IMG/VR virus record: IMGVR_UViG_3300047283_000112
Coordinates: 1-25,930 of that record
Origin: a virus
Taxonomy: Duplodnaviria; Caudoviricetes
DNA: 25,930 nucleotides
Strand: one strand, 5' to 3'
Positions 1-9,286 of the stretch are shown here, in pieces (position 1 is the stretch's first letter; each line of letters starts with the position of its first letter). The notes below the pieces were generated by a model. It ran no database searches. It saw only the letters and a list, made by a program, of their open reading frames with translations, and had not been told where the DNA came from. A program made the position numbers and the translations under genes.

Positions 1-966
1 TGGCGGTTTTGCCATACCTTGGGCGGGCGCAGGTGCCGGTGGTGCCATTGAGGGTGCCGGTGGTGCCATTGAGGGTGCCGGTGGTGCCGTAGCAGCGCCT
101 GGAGCCTTTGGAGCGGGCGCAGCGCCTTGTATTGGCTTAGGAGCAGCGTCCGAAGGAGGAGCCGGCATTGGTCTTTGCGATGTCCGCGGCAACGCGTTCA
201 TCCGCGCTTGGTCTAGTTGAGCAAAGGTTGGCTCAGATATTCCGGCCTCTTGTAGCCTGCGTATAACGAGCGGGGACACCTGCTCCGTACCTAACTGTTT
301 ACCCTTTTCGTCGCGGATAATTACGGTGGCCTTAGTGGTGTCGTACGCCCCTGGTTGGTTTGCAAAACCTCTTGCGCCCTTCTCAATGTCCCCAACAAGC
401 GAACTGAGTTCGTTTAGTGCCGTTGTGAATCCTTTGGTTTGACCAATCTGCATGAGTCGCGAGGCGTCGCCTTGTGAGATTGGGACACCGCCGTAGGTGA
501 ACCCACCGCCGGCACCGCCTGTGCCAACCCCGCCGGCGCCACCGCCCGAACCTATGATGCTCAGGAATGTGTCGCGGGCTTGGTTCTCACGCTCCTGCGC
601 TGCCTTGCCTTGGGCGATCTGTGTGCGTAGGTTAAACAGGTTAGAGGACTGCTGCTCACGCTCTTGGGCACGGCGAGAGAGCGCCTTCTGTGGCCCCTCA
701 ATGTCGCCCGACCACCACGCGTAGGCGTCCTTCATGCCCTCCATGAACCCGCCGTAGTCGGCCTGACGCTCTTGGTACATGCGCTCCATGGCGTCGAGGA
801 CGCCCTTGCTTAGTGGGATATCGCCTGTGGGTGTGGGGAACTGCAGCCCCGACTTGGACGCTGATTTAACGGGCTTTGTGTAGACCGGCGCCTGATTTTC
901 ATCGGCGTCGTCGGTGCTACCGCCCGTCTCAAAGTGTGCTAGTCCGCCCTTTTTATACATAGCCAT
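1..966 (-). CDS. Putative internal virion/ejection protein, 3' end runs off the window (absent from ORF track)
   Basis: Manual translation from ATG at 966 is open to position 1 (322 codons): MAMYKKGGLAHFETGGSTDD...helical Q/E/R-rich part, Gly-rich linker, Pro/Ala-rich tail. Follows other putative ejection genes. Confidence 0.8.
   Translation of the reverse strand, partial: MAMYKKGGLAHFETGGSTDDADENQAPVYTKPVKSASKSGLQFPTPTGDIPLSKGVLDAMERMYQERQADYGGFMEGMKDAYAWWSGDIEGPQKALSRRAQEREQQSSNLFNLRTQIAQGKAAQERENQARDTFLSIIGSGGGAGGVGTGGAGGGFTYGGVPISQGDASRLMQIGQTKGFTTALNELSSLVGDIEKGARGFANQPGAYDTTKATVIIRDEKGKQLGTEQVSPLVIRRLQEAGISEPTFAQLDQARMNALPRTSQRPMPAPPSDAAPKPIQGAAPAPKAPGAATAPPAPSMAPPAPSMAPPAPAPAQGMAKPP
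32..88. repeat. 21-bp tandem repeat, about 2.7 copies, encoding APPAPSM
   Basis: ggtgccggtggtgccattgag at 32-52 and 53-73, partial copy at 74-88. Confidence 0.9.
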
Positions 967-983
967 TCCAGTTATCTTTTTGG

Positions 984-2156
984 TTAGTCATATAGTCCGG
1001 CACCTGGCACATACTCTTGGTCACCACTATCGTACAAACTTTCACCGCTGCCACTAGTAAAACCTCCGGTGTAGTCATCCCATGTCCCGCCACCAGCTCC
1101 GGCAGTTCCATCATCTAACCCCATGCCTGTCCCACCACCCTGATCTTCTTCAGGGTTCCCGTAGGATCCTGGCGCATACGTCTCAATAATTTGACCGGTA
1201 CCTGGATCAATTAGCATCGTCTCGCCGGCCTCATTCGTAAACACATAGTTGCCCGCTTGGTCGTAATAACTTGACCCCGCTTGCGGTGATTCGCCGGAGC
1301 CGCCGGTTAAATAATCGTACGCCCCGGATATTAACCCACCCACGCCGCCAGTTACACCAAGCTGCCCAAGAAGACCGGTGGTCTTCACGGGGTTGCCCTG
1401 AGCATCTTTTATAACATTGCCCTGCGAGTCGCGAACATAGTCACCACCTTGGAGCGCCTTTAGCCCCGTCTGACCAAACGATAGCAGACCCAAGATTTGG
1501 TTGAGCGCGCCAAGATCCTTCGTCTGCGTGGTGGTCTTGCCGGTTTGTATTCCCTGCAGGATCTTTGCCAAGTTGGCAGATGCCGCGTAGGGTTGGTTCT
1601 CTTGGTAGGTCGCAACGTTTGTGCCGGACTGAGCCAAGGCGTTGGCGAGGTTGCTGAGACCCGCGCCCGCTGCCACGCCGGTTTGTTGTGAGTCGAGGAT
1701 AGCCTTGAGTTGTCTCTGCTCCATGTCACTCATAACCTTGCCGGTCGCGGCAATGTCGGCCGCGCGGTTCATTGAGCTGCCAAAGTCCCCGCCGGCGATA
1801 CGCCCCGCGGTTGACTGCGCCGTTACATCAGGCAACATCTGCCGTGCGTAGTCGCGTTGTGATTGGATGTAGCCACCTAAGGGCGTTGCCACGTTGGGGG
1901 TTACCTCACCCGACGCGGAGGTCAGCCAGGGGTTGGCGATGCCCGTTCCGATGTCCTCAAGGATCGACTGCCCAGACTTGAACGCGCCACTCTCGCCAAA
2001 CACGCCGGAGAGAGCCTGCTGCGCGTTCTGGTTGACAGCTCCCGGCTGTATGTTCATCGCGTTGGTGATCGCCTGCTGCTGAGCAGACTCGTACCAGCTC
2101 GGGAGAGTGGTTGTCGATATGTCCTTGTTGGTTACAAGAGAGCTTAGTCCTGCCAT
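984..2156 (-). CDS. Putative internal virion (DNA ejection/pilot) protein
   Basis: 390 aa, Gly/Ala/Gln-rich, N-terminal TTTLPSWY segment, hydrophobic Gly-rich helices, acidic G/D/Y-rich C-terminus; position downstream of the nozzle gene. Function inferred. Confidence 0.6.
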   Translation of the reverse strand: MAGLSSLVTNKDISTTTLPSWYESAQQQAITNAMNIQPGAVNQNAQQALSGVFGESGAFKSGQSILEDIGTGIANPWLTSASGEVTPNVATPLGGYIQSQRDYARQMLPDVTAQSTAGRIAGGDFGSSMNRAADIAATGKVMSDMEQRQLKAILDSQQTGVAAGAGLSNLANALAQSGTNVATYQENQPYAASANLAKILQGIQTGKTTTQTKDLGALNQILGLLSFGQTGLKALQGGDYVRDSQGNVIKDAQGNPVKTTGLLGQLGVTGGVGGLISGAYDYLTGGSGESPQAGSSYYDQAGNYVFTNEAGETMLIDPGTGQIIETYAPGSYGNPEEDQGGGTGMGLDDGTAGAGGGTWDDYTGGFTSGSGESLYDSGDQEYVPGAGLYD

Positions 2157-2160
2157 TTTG

Positions 2161-4500
2161 CTACCCTACCTTTTTCTTTTTAGTTGCCATTGCAAGATAC
2201 TCAAGCGCGCCCCTGCTGTCTGGCGGCAATCCCTTTGGGTCTGCGTTTCGTTTGTGCTTACGTATTGTCAACATAAACTTATCAAGGACCTGAGCGCCGG
2301 CGTCGTTGTCGCCGTTGCCAAGGCTTGACACTACGTCTGCGGGAATTACAAACTCACCACTTGCTAGCATCGCGGGGATGCTATCGCTGGTGCCGTCGCC
2401 CGCGCCCTTGACGTACCGGTTCGCTAGCGACGCGCCACCCTCAGAGTAGAACTCCGGGTTGTGACCCATGAGACCACCCTCTGCGGCAAACTCAATCTTG
2501 GTCGGATCCCACAGTTGCACCGAGAAATCGTTCGGGTCAATGCTTGTGTCGCCCTGTTTCTGCTCCTGAAGTTCCCGCAGTTCCTCATCGGTCAACCAAC
2601 CCTGACCCGCCGCTTTCTGACGGAGTTGCTGCTCCTTCAGTTGGTCTTGGTTAGTGAAGAATGTGGAGCTATCCGTTTGTGGATTTAAAAACTTGCCCGC
2701 GAACCCAAGACCTGAAATGCGCTGCTGTGGAGCCCACGACGCGCCACTTAACGGGTTCCACAGATCCATAGAGATTGGTACTGCGGAGTCGCTCTGATCC
2801 AAGTTAAAGTTGGTGACGCCCTCCGTGTCCTCCCCAGTCTGCGGCGTAAAATCAAACGCATCAAACGCAAAATCTTCCGGCGTGCGAACGCCATACTGCG
2901 CCATGCGTTGGGTCTGCTGCGACCGCATAGGGGTTCGCGATGGCTCCTGCCCCAAGATTTTCCGCGTCAAGTTGCTTGTAAGTTGACGCGTAAACATATT
3001 CTTGGCGTATCTACCAGCGGCGTCCCAGTTCCAATTTGACCCACCGGCACCTAAGTCCGTGGCGTCGGTTGTGCCAAGCACATTGCCACTATCATCAAAT
3101 GTTATGCTGCTACCATCGTCAAACTTTTGCGTGATGGAGCCGTCCGGGTTGCGGGTCATTGTCGGACCTAGTTGGGACTCAGGCGTTGGTGCCTGGTCGC
3201 CCACATCCTCGCTTGGCTCACCAACGGCGTCCTCGCCAGGGGCTTGCTCACCTGTTGGTGCCTGATCGCCTACATCTTCGGTTGGTTGACCTACTGCGTC
3301 CTCGCCCGGTGTAAGGAGATCGCCGGCGCCCCCACCAAGCGGCATGTCCACAACGTTACCGTCGATGTCTGACGCGGAGATTGGGTTGCCATTCGCGTCA
3401 AACGTTATGGTGCTGCCGTCGTCAAACGTTTGGGTCATGGTGCCATCTGGATTTGTCACCACCCCCGGCATCTCGCCCAGCGGTGTCTCCGTGACATCCG
3501 TGCCGGGTGCCTCTACAGGCAACCCTGCAGTTGGCTCGCCCTCAATCGGGGTTTCTGTAGTGCCTGCTCCGGGTGTCTCCACAGGTTCGCCAGACTCTAC
3601 ATCTCCCGTAATTGGCTGCTGCGACGCCAAGTACTCATCCGCAGTCTGCGGGTTAAAGAATATGTTGGTGCCGTCGGTTGCGGTTGCGCTTACTGGGTTT
3701 CCGGCTGCATCGTAGGTTATGCTACTGCCGTCGTCATATGTTACCGTGTTGCCACCCAAGGACTGCGCTGTGTCAGCGTTGATTGCCTGAACCGCATCCT
3801 CCGGCGCAGGCCGACCCATTTGGTCAACAATTTGTCCGGCTTGGTTTAGGGTGTAGTTTACGCCGGCACGAACGCCATAGTTTGCTATTGCATTTAGGAA
3901 CGCCTGCTCCGCATCTCCACCAGTTAGCGCTGCAGCGGTTGCCCCAGCAGCTCCCGCACCTACCGCGCTACCAATCGTGCCGCCTAGTGTATTGCCGATC
4001 AGGTCACCTGACTGCTGAGCCAACATGGCTGTTTGTGCTGAGCCAAGATCTGTGCCGTACTCAAGGGCGGTACCAAGTTGGTCACCGACATAACTACCAA
4101 CGCCCTGCGCTATTGTAGACACAGCGTAGGACTTCAGCGCGTCCTCAAAACTTCCGCCACGGGCAAGTGTCGCCCCGGCGTTAATGTATGGTATGAGTTG
4201 AACTTGCCCGGAGGCTACCGCCGCGATTGTGGCGATTGTTCTAATTGGATCATCTAGCGCGGCCTGTACGGTCTTCTCTAGCGTCTTGCCAACATCCTCA
4301 ACGACGTCAACTACGGTATCAACTATGTCCTCAGCAACGTCACCAATGGTCTCAACTGCGTCACCAATGGCGTTTCCTATGTCTTTTACTGCTTTTACAA
4401 CTGGATCGTAGTACTGTATTTTTCCTACAGCATTTGGTGTGAATGCGCGTATATTTCCAGGTATCCAGCCGGATTCTAATGCGGCATAATTATTTCTCAT
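2161..4500 (-). CDS. Putative internal virion/ejection protein with acidic repeats and a C-terminal GDGTSDSIPAML-x-x-GEFV domain
   Basis: 779 aa; N-terminal amphipathic V/I-x-D repeats, Gly/Ala hydrophobic helices, three DDGS(S/T)IT(Y/F)D repeats, C-terminal motif seen in phage tape-measure-like proteins. Confidence 0.65.
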   Translation of the reverse strand: MRNNYAALESGWIPGNIRAFTPNAVGKIQYYDPVVKAVKDIGNAIGDAVETIGDVAEDIVDTVVDVVEDVGKTLEKTVQAALDDPIRTIATIAAVASGQVQLIPYINAGATLARGGSFEDALKSYAVSTIAQGVGSYVGDQLGTALEYGTDLGSAQTAMLAQQSGDLIGNTLGGTIGSAVGAGAAGATAAALTGGDAEQAFLNAIANYGVRAGVNYTLNQAGQIVDQMGRPAPEDAVQAINADTAQSLGGNTVTYDDGSSITYDAAGNPVSATATDGTNIFFNPQTADEYLASQQPITGDVESGEPVETPGAGTTETPIEGEPTAGLPVEAPGTDVTETPLGEMPGVVTNPDGTMTQTFDDGSTITFDANGNPISASDIDGNVVDMPLGGGAGDLLTPGEDAVGQPTEDVGDQAPTGEQAPGEDAVGEPSEDVGDQAPTPESQLGPTMTRNPDGSITQKFDDGSSITFDDSGNVLGTTDATDLGAGGSNWNWDAAGRYAKNMFTRQLTSNLTRKILGQEPSRTPMRSQQTQRMAQYGVRTPEDFAFDAFDFTPQTGEDTEGVTNFNLDQSDSAVPISMDLWNPLSGASWAPQQRISGLGFAGKFLNPQTDSSTFFTNQDQLKEQQLRQKAAGQGWLTDEELRELQEQKQGDTSIDPNDFSVQLWDPTKIEFAAEGGLMGHNPEFYSEGGASLANRYVKGAGDGTSDSIPAMLASGEFVIPADVVSSLGNGDNDAGAQVLDKFMLTIRKHKRNADPKGLPPDSRGALEYLAMATKKKKVG

Positions 4501-4949
4501 GCCGGCAGACCTCCTTTAGTGGATGGTCGCAGTTGAACAACAACCCGCAGAGCGCCGTCATCAAGGCGGCTTACTTGGTATCCCATGCCCTTTGGCTTAT
4601 CCTTGCCAATATATCGGAATATGTTCAAGAGTGAGTCATCGTAGAATGTGGTTACCATGGCGCGAAAGCCCATGGACTTCATCGTCTCAGTAAAGACGAC
4701 GCTGCTTTGTAGGTAGTTTTCTGGGGTGTCTGCGTTCAGTGCGCGGAATACGGCAATCTCCGGGTTTTTCTCAGACCGGTGAACGACAAACAAAGTGTTT
4801 CCCTCGCGGATGCAGACGGTCTCAGGCGCGCGTAACTCTGACGCTATGGCGGCCTGAACCTGCTCAGGGGAGTATGGGGAACCAGTGTTCTGAGCGGCGA
4901 TGTTCACAATCTCCTCAGAGCTCAGTTGCTGGTGCTTGGAATCAATCAT
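4497..4949 (-). CDS. Hypothetical protein, possibly GNAT-like fold (T7 gp13-like position)
   Basis: 150 aa, GAGGA SD upstream, ATGA overlap with the next gene; alpha/beta pattern; lies between tail genes and ejection genes. Fold call is weak. Confidence 0.45.
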   Translation of the reverse strand: MIDSKHQQLSSEEIVNIAAQNTGSPYSPEQVQAAIASELRAPETVCIREGNTLFVVHRSEKNPEIAVFRALNADTPENYLQSSVVFTETMKSMGFRAMVTTFYDDSLLNIFRYIGKDKPKGMGYQVSRLDDGALRVVVQLRPSTKGGLPA

Positions 4950-5014
4950 CGAATCCTCTAATCAAAAATCAGACTACATTTTTATGTGGGCAGAGCCTAT
5001 ACAGACCCGAGACA

Positions 5015-5034
5015 TTCCTATATCTACTAATGCA
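5015..5034 (-). promoter_or_regulatory. Putative phage late promoter motif, copy 2 (TGCATTAGTAGATATAGGAA)
   Basis: 16/20 identical to the motif at 24680-24699; lies in one of only two intergenic gaps over 100 nt, about 65 nt upstream of the ATG at 4949. Confidence 0.6.
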
Positions 5035-5054
5035 GAAGGCATGGAATTTTGTCC

Positions 5055-5309
5055 CTAGTTTGTGGGGCCGTTGACCATTACCACAACCATACGAACCCAA
5101 TCCCGCCAATTATCAAACCCCTCAGGCCCGGGTATTCCAAATGAGTTGAACGTGGACAGGGTCACCATCGCGTTCGCCACATCCCTCCAGTTCTCCTCAT
5201 CCACCCTTGGGAGGGGCTCCTCGCCAAAGTAGTGTAGGAGGTTGCCGTTCCATCCCTCCCAAGTCGCCTCCTCAGCGAGGAAGGGTATGCTTTGGGTTAT
5301 GAAGGGCAT
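5055..5309 (-). CDS. Small Trp-rich hypothetical tail-associated protein
   Basis: 84 aa, coupled to the nozzle gene by a TAATG overlap; PGPEGFDNWRDW motif. Confidence 0.7.
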   Translation of the reverse strand: MPFITQSIPFLAEEATWEGWNGNLLHYFGEEPLPRVDEENWRDVANAMVTLSTFNSFGIPGPEGFDNWRDWVRMVVVMVNGPTN

Positions 5310-7390
5310 TAGGGTCGCTCGTCGCCTAGCTCAGCGGTCACCAAGATACGCCCCATTTGGTAGCTTCCGCCGGCAACGTTGGTGCCAAACTTAAGCCTGG
5401 TCTCCCGGTTCTCAATCCGCAGGTCTACCTTCCCCGTGTCCGGGGTAAAGGTAAAGATCGGGGAGTTGTTGTCCTGTGATTGGGCAAATGGTTTACCGAT
5501 AACCTCCAGGGTCATCTCACCGGTCTGAACAAAGTCCGGCTCTACCCGGCGAAGGTGTAGCCGTCGGTTGATGCCCTTGGCCTCATCTTGTGCCGGGTTA
5601 CCTCCGACCCAACTAATGTCGCAGGTAGTAAAGTATGCAGGGATCGCTGTCTGTCCCGTGGGCTCTACCTTGTCCGTTCCAATCTCTTGCTGCCACATCG
5701 CGTACCCAGTTGTGGTTGGGAAGACCGAGTCCCCAATGCTTGGGTACGGGCTGATCGCCTCAGTGACCGTCACAAGGGTCGCATTAGTCGCGGGGTCGTA
5801 CACCACGGTGCTAATTAAGTATGAGGTGCCCGACGGTAGGTTTGTAAACTGAACGGTTTTGTTTGGCGAGTACTTTGGCGTTACATCGCCGTCTAAGTAG
5901 AACTGTGATGAGGTTGGGGCGGGCTCACCCGCTGGCGTTGCGATCGTAACGTCCGGCTGACCCACGGTGAAGTCGTACTCCCACCCGCACCAGATCGGTG
6001 TCGGGAACACCTCAGTGGTGTATCCGCAACTCCTGTACGCCCCAGTTGCTGATCCGGCGTCGTACCAAATCTTGTCCTTTACATTGTAGATAATTGCGTC
6101 GTTGCACTCGGTCGATGTGCCCCTGGGATAAAAGAACCAAATCTCATTGAATCGAGGTACCTTGGTTGCCCACACCTTTTGGCGCTGAGCAAAGTTCAGG
6201 TTTTCATATACCCAGTTTAGGTTCTTATCGTTAGGTAAGACCTGAACGGAGCCGTTGTACATGTAGAAACGGTCAACGCCCATCCAATAATATACCCCGT
6301 CCATCTCAACGATTGCGTTGGATGACATGACTGAGATTTGGCTAGAAATAATGTCGTACTTCCAATACTGCTGCGAGTTGCCGGTAAAGGACACCCGTAT
6401 TAAACTGTCTGTTGCCCAAAACAAACCGGACGGGGAGTTTGTTCCGCCACGAACAGGCATGCCCTTCACGACCTTACCCGCGGCGACGTTTACTCTGTTA
6501 GCAAGTGGACCATTCCAATCAGTAAGGTTTTGGTCGGTGTACGTGGCGTCGACGTGGTTGTTCGCGATCAGACCGTTTGATCCGTAAATAAGCAGGAACG
6601 GGTAGAGCATAACAATCCCACCATCACATGTTACCGGTGCGTAGGTTGGGTTGTTGCCTGATACATCAGCCAACCCGTAAAACTCCCATACGCCACCAAT
6701 GGGTAAGATACCGCCATAAAGAACCTGCGTGGGGTTGTCCTCAACGATGTTGTTAAGGTTCTGCCCCGGGTGAGCGACGACCTGCATGACCCCGCCTTGG
6801 GGGTCGTACTGCATGTCAAACTGCCACAGGTTCGCCGCGTTTGGCTGAAACTCTACGTCGGCTATCCACACCTGAGTCTGCGACGCCGGTATGCTTGTCG
6901 GTGTCACGGTGACCGTTGTTGATCCTGCCGCAAACACCGCGCCTGACACTGTGTACTGTGTTGCGCCAGGGGTTTGGCTGAACACAACCTTTGTGTTGTT
7001 CGGGAACTTTGCTGTGAGGTCGCCCGTCACCACAAAAGTTGAGCTGGTGTTAGAGGTCACCGCGGTCTCCGCGTAGCCAACCTTTATCACCGCCTTACTG
7101 GGTCCGGTGCCTGCCGCGAATGACAAACTCGTCGTGAACGCGTCAATCGTGTCCTCAGTGCCGGTAAATATAAAGTTCTGTCCGTTGTATGCGTTTGCTA
7201 TGATGCCACGGGCAATCCCATACTTGTCCAAGAACATGCGCGAGTACCCGCCAATCTTACGAGGCGTGCCACGCTGGAACCGGTTCCACAATCCGTCGGT
7301 GCACTCGCGGGACTCAAATGTCGTGCCGTCCCGCTTGATCCCCGGTTGGAGACCTAATGTGTAAACAACCGAGAGGTTCTCGTCCGCCAT
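5309..7390 (-). CDS. Tail nozzle / tail tubular protein B-like (P22 gp10, T7 gp12 class)
   Basis: 693 aa, beta-rich; YYWMGVDRFYMYNGSVQVLP and FNEIWFFYP...IIYNVKDKIW beta-propeller-type segments; typical size and position. Confidence 0.7.
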   Translation of the reverse strand: MADENLSVVYTLGLQPGIKRDGTTFESRECTDGLWNRFQRGTPRKIGGYSRMFLDKYGIARGIIANAYNGQNFIFTGTEDTIDAFTTSLSFAAGTGPSKAVIKVGYAETAVTSNTSSTFVVTGDLTAKFPNNTKVVFSQTPGATQYTVSGAVFAAGSTTVTVTPTSIPASQTQVWIADVEFQPNAANLWQFDMQYDPQGGVMQVVAHPGQNLNNIVEDNPTQVLYGGILPIGGVWEFYGLADVSGNNPTYAPVTCDGGIVMLYPFLLIYGSNGLIANNHVDATYTDQNLTDWNGPLANRVNVAAGKVVKGMPVRGGTNSPSGLFWATDSLIRVSFTGNSQQYWKYDIISSQISVMSSNAIVEMDGVYYWMGVDRFYMYNGSVQVLPNDKNLNWVYENLNFAQRQKVWATKVPRFNEIWFFYPRGTSTECNDAIIYNVKDKIWYDAGSATGAYRSCGYTTEVFPTPIWCGWEYDFTVGQPDVTIATPAGEPAPTSSQFYLDGDVTPKYSPNKTVQFTNLPSGTSYLISTVVYDPATNATLVTVTEAISPYPSIGDSVFPTTTGYAMWQQEIGTDKVEPTGQTAIPAYFTTCDISWVGGNPAQDEAKGINRRLHLRRVEPDFVQTGEMTLEVIGKPFAQSQDNNSPIFTFTPDTGKVDLRIENRETRLKFGTNVAGGSYQMGRILVTAELGDERP

Positions 7391-8658
7391 TAGAATGTGC
7401 CGCCGCTGATAAGGCCGGCCTTAACCTCGCCGGTAAATGTTGTCTTTGGTGATAATGGGTTTGTGTTGTCCACGACCATCATGTCCGTGCTTCCCGCGGA
7501 GATCGCTGGCTTGCTCGTGGCTTTCAGGTACATACCGGTGTTGGTGTCGTTTGAGAATGAGAACGACGGAGCTCCTGCCGTGCCGTTCACCGCGTAGTAG
7601 ATGTAGATCCAAGCCTGTGTGAGCAAGAACGCGTTTGACCCGCTCGTCAAAATAATCGCAGACGATCCGTTGGCAATCTGAATCGGTGGCAGCGCGGTGC
7701 CTGTCACCTCGATGTTGATGTCGTAGGACGATTGCCCGGTCTGGTTGCTGATGATGTACATCTGCGTGATCGCCGGCAGGACAACGTCCAGGTCTACGGT
7801 TCGCGTCCCTGAGAGCGCCACATAGGTTTGGATCGTTGGAGCGTACGTTGTCAGATCCAAGGTGTTTCCCACGATACTATCAACGTCGTACGTCGCCGCG
7901 GTGAATGACACGTCAACTTGGCGTGGCAGACCAACCGTGAAGAAGTTGCCCGTGGAGAAGTCCATGATGATTACCGCGGAGTCCGACGGGAACATGCTCA
8001 GGCTGCTGAGCCCGTTGATTGTCTTGGTGGCAGGCGGTGTTATAACCACTGACCCGGTGCCACTGTTACGAATGTTAACGAACCAGCCAGTGTTTGCCGT
8101 GGCGGTGCTTGGCAGTGTGATCGTGCCCGCGCCACCGTTCCACACGTATGTCGCGGATCGGTTGTTCTCGGTGAGCGTTGTGTTTGTTGAGATCTGAACC
8201 ACCTGCGATCCGGTAGCCAGTCGGCCGAGGATGTCGACCAGGCCATTACCAACCAGGGTGGCGGCGTCCGCGGCGGATGTGCCTGCGCCGAAGGTTACGT
8301 TCTCGTAGGTGCCAGCGTCTGTGGTGTTGTCTGAGAGGTACACGTAGCGTGACTCGCCCGCCAAGATTTCAATTGCTTGCCCTCCATCGATGTCCTCAAC
8401 GAAGAAGCTATCCGCTCCCAAGTTACGGAAGAGGATGTCCGTGCCGGTTGATCCTTGGCTACCGGGTGGCAGCGTGACAACCCAACCCGCGGCGTCCGGC
8501 GTGCAGTCCATGATCCGCGATGCGGCGACGGTGCCATCTCCGGGGACTGTGTATGGTGGCCAAGATAGTGTGACGTTATCTTCAATCGCTAGCGCGGTGT
8601 AGCTTACGTCTGTGGGCTGTACCACGTCCCCGGTAAAAGGCGATGTAAATGTAGGCAT
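7390..8658 (-). CDS. Tail spike/fibre-like structural protein
   Basis: 422 aa, Thr/Ser/Gly-rich, three repeats of the type (T/V)LP...(F/I)(R/S)N, GTAGAPSFSFSNDTNTGMY motif and ISGGTF C-terminus. Confidence 0.65.
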   Translation of the reverse strand: MPTFTSPFTGDVVQPTDVSYTALAIEDNVTLSWPPYTVPGDGTVAASRIMDCTPDAAGWVVTLPPGSQGSTGTDILFRNLGADSFFVEDIDGGQAIEILAGESRYVYLSDNTTDAGTYENVTFGAGTSAADAATLVGNGLVDILGRLATGSQVVQISTNTTLTENNRSATYVWNGGAGTITLPSTATANTGWFVNIRNSGTGSVVITPPATKTINGLSSLSMFPSDSAVIIMDFSTGNFFTVGLPRQVDVSFTAATYDVDSIVGNTLDLTTYAPTIQTYVALSGTRTVDLDVVLPAITQMYIISNQTGQSSYDINIEVTGTALPPIQIANGSSAIILTSGSNAFLLTQAWIYIYYAVNGTAGAPSFSFSNDTNTGMYLKATSKPAISAGSTDMMVVDNTNPLSPKTTFTGEVKAGLISGGTF

Positions 8659-9284
8659 TATTGTGGCTCCTGAACGGCTGTGTTCCTGTCGATCCTACGG
8701 GAGGCGTCTTCTTTTGTTAGCGCACCCATTGAGTTATTGTAGAGCTGCGTCCAAATCTGTAACTTGTCTGGGCTCTTGAGGTACGGTTGCGCTTGTAGTA
8801 GTGAACCAAACAAGAGAGCCTGTGGAGCCTCCCGCGTTATTAGGTTCTCTTGGTTGTCGTCCGCAAGAGGCTGAACGCGGTTGTAGTAAATTATTTCTAC
8901 AGAGTACTGATCGTCTGGTATGGGCGCAAACGCCCAATGGTTGTAGTCGTAGTCTGAGTAGTACTTTGGCTGCCCGCTTGCTAACTCATTCTGTGCTTGG
9001 GCTACATAGTCCTGACCGCGCAACAGAACTGGCTGACCGTTGATTTTCATTGAGACGGTCTTTCTCCAACGGGCTGGCTTCTCCAAGGTTGCGCCCTGAG
9101 AGCCGGAAAGCAAAGTAGTTTCTACGACAACCAATTCCCAAAGTGTTTTTACTTGCGCCGCAATCTCTTGTTCGGCAAGCATGATCATCCTGGGTATCTG
9201 CTCTACGAATGACTGATCGTCGCGCTCAGAGTACCGGATGATGTCCTGTATGAGCGTGTCATAGGTCAACACTGCTGCTGGCAT
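8658..9284 (-). CDS. Head-tail adaptor / ring protein (tail tubular protein A-like)
   Basis: 208 aa; helical N-terminus, GQPKYY...FAPIPDDQYSVEIIYY beta motif, helical C-terminus with PQALLFGSL. Confidence 0.65.
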   Translation of the reverse strand: MPAAVLTYDTLIQDIIRYSERDDQSFVEQIPRMIMLAEQEIAAQVKTLWELVVVETTLLSGSQGATLEKPARWRKTVSMKINGQPVLLRGQDYVAQAQNELASGQPKYYSDYDYNHWAFAPIPDDQYSVEIIYYNRVQPLADDNQENLITREAPQALLFGSLLQAQPYLKSPDKLQIWTQLYNNSMGALTKEDASRRIDRNTAVQEPQ

Positions 9285-9286
9285 GG

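Noticed and set aside
497-724. Plus-strand Pro-rich 75-aa ORF
   Set aside because: Antisense to the Gly-rich part of the real minus-strand gene at 1-966.
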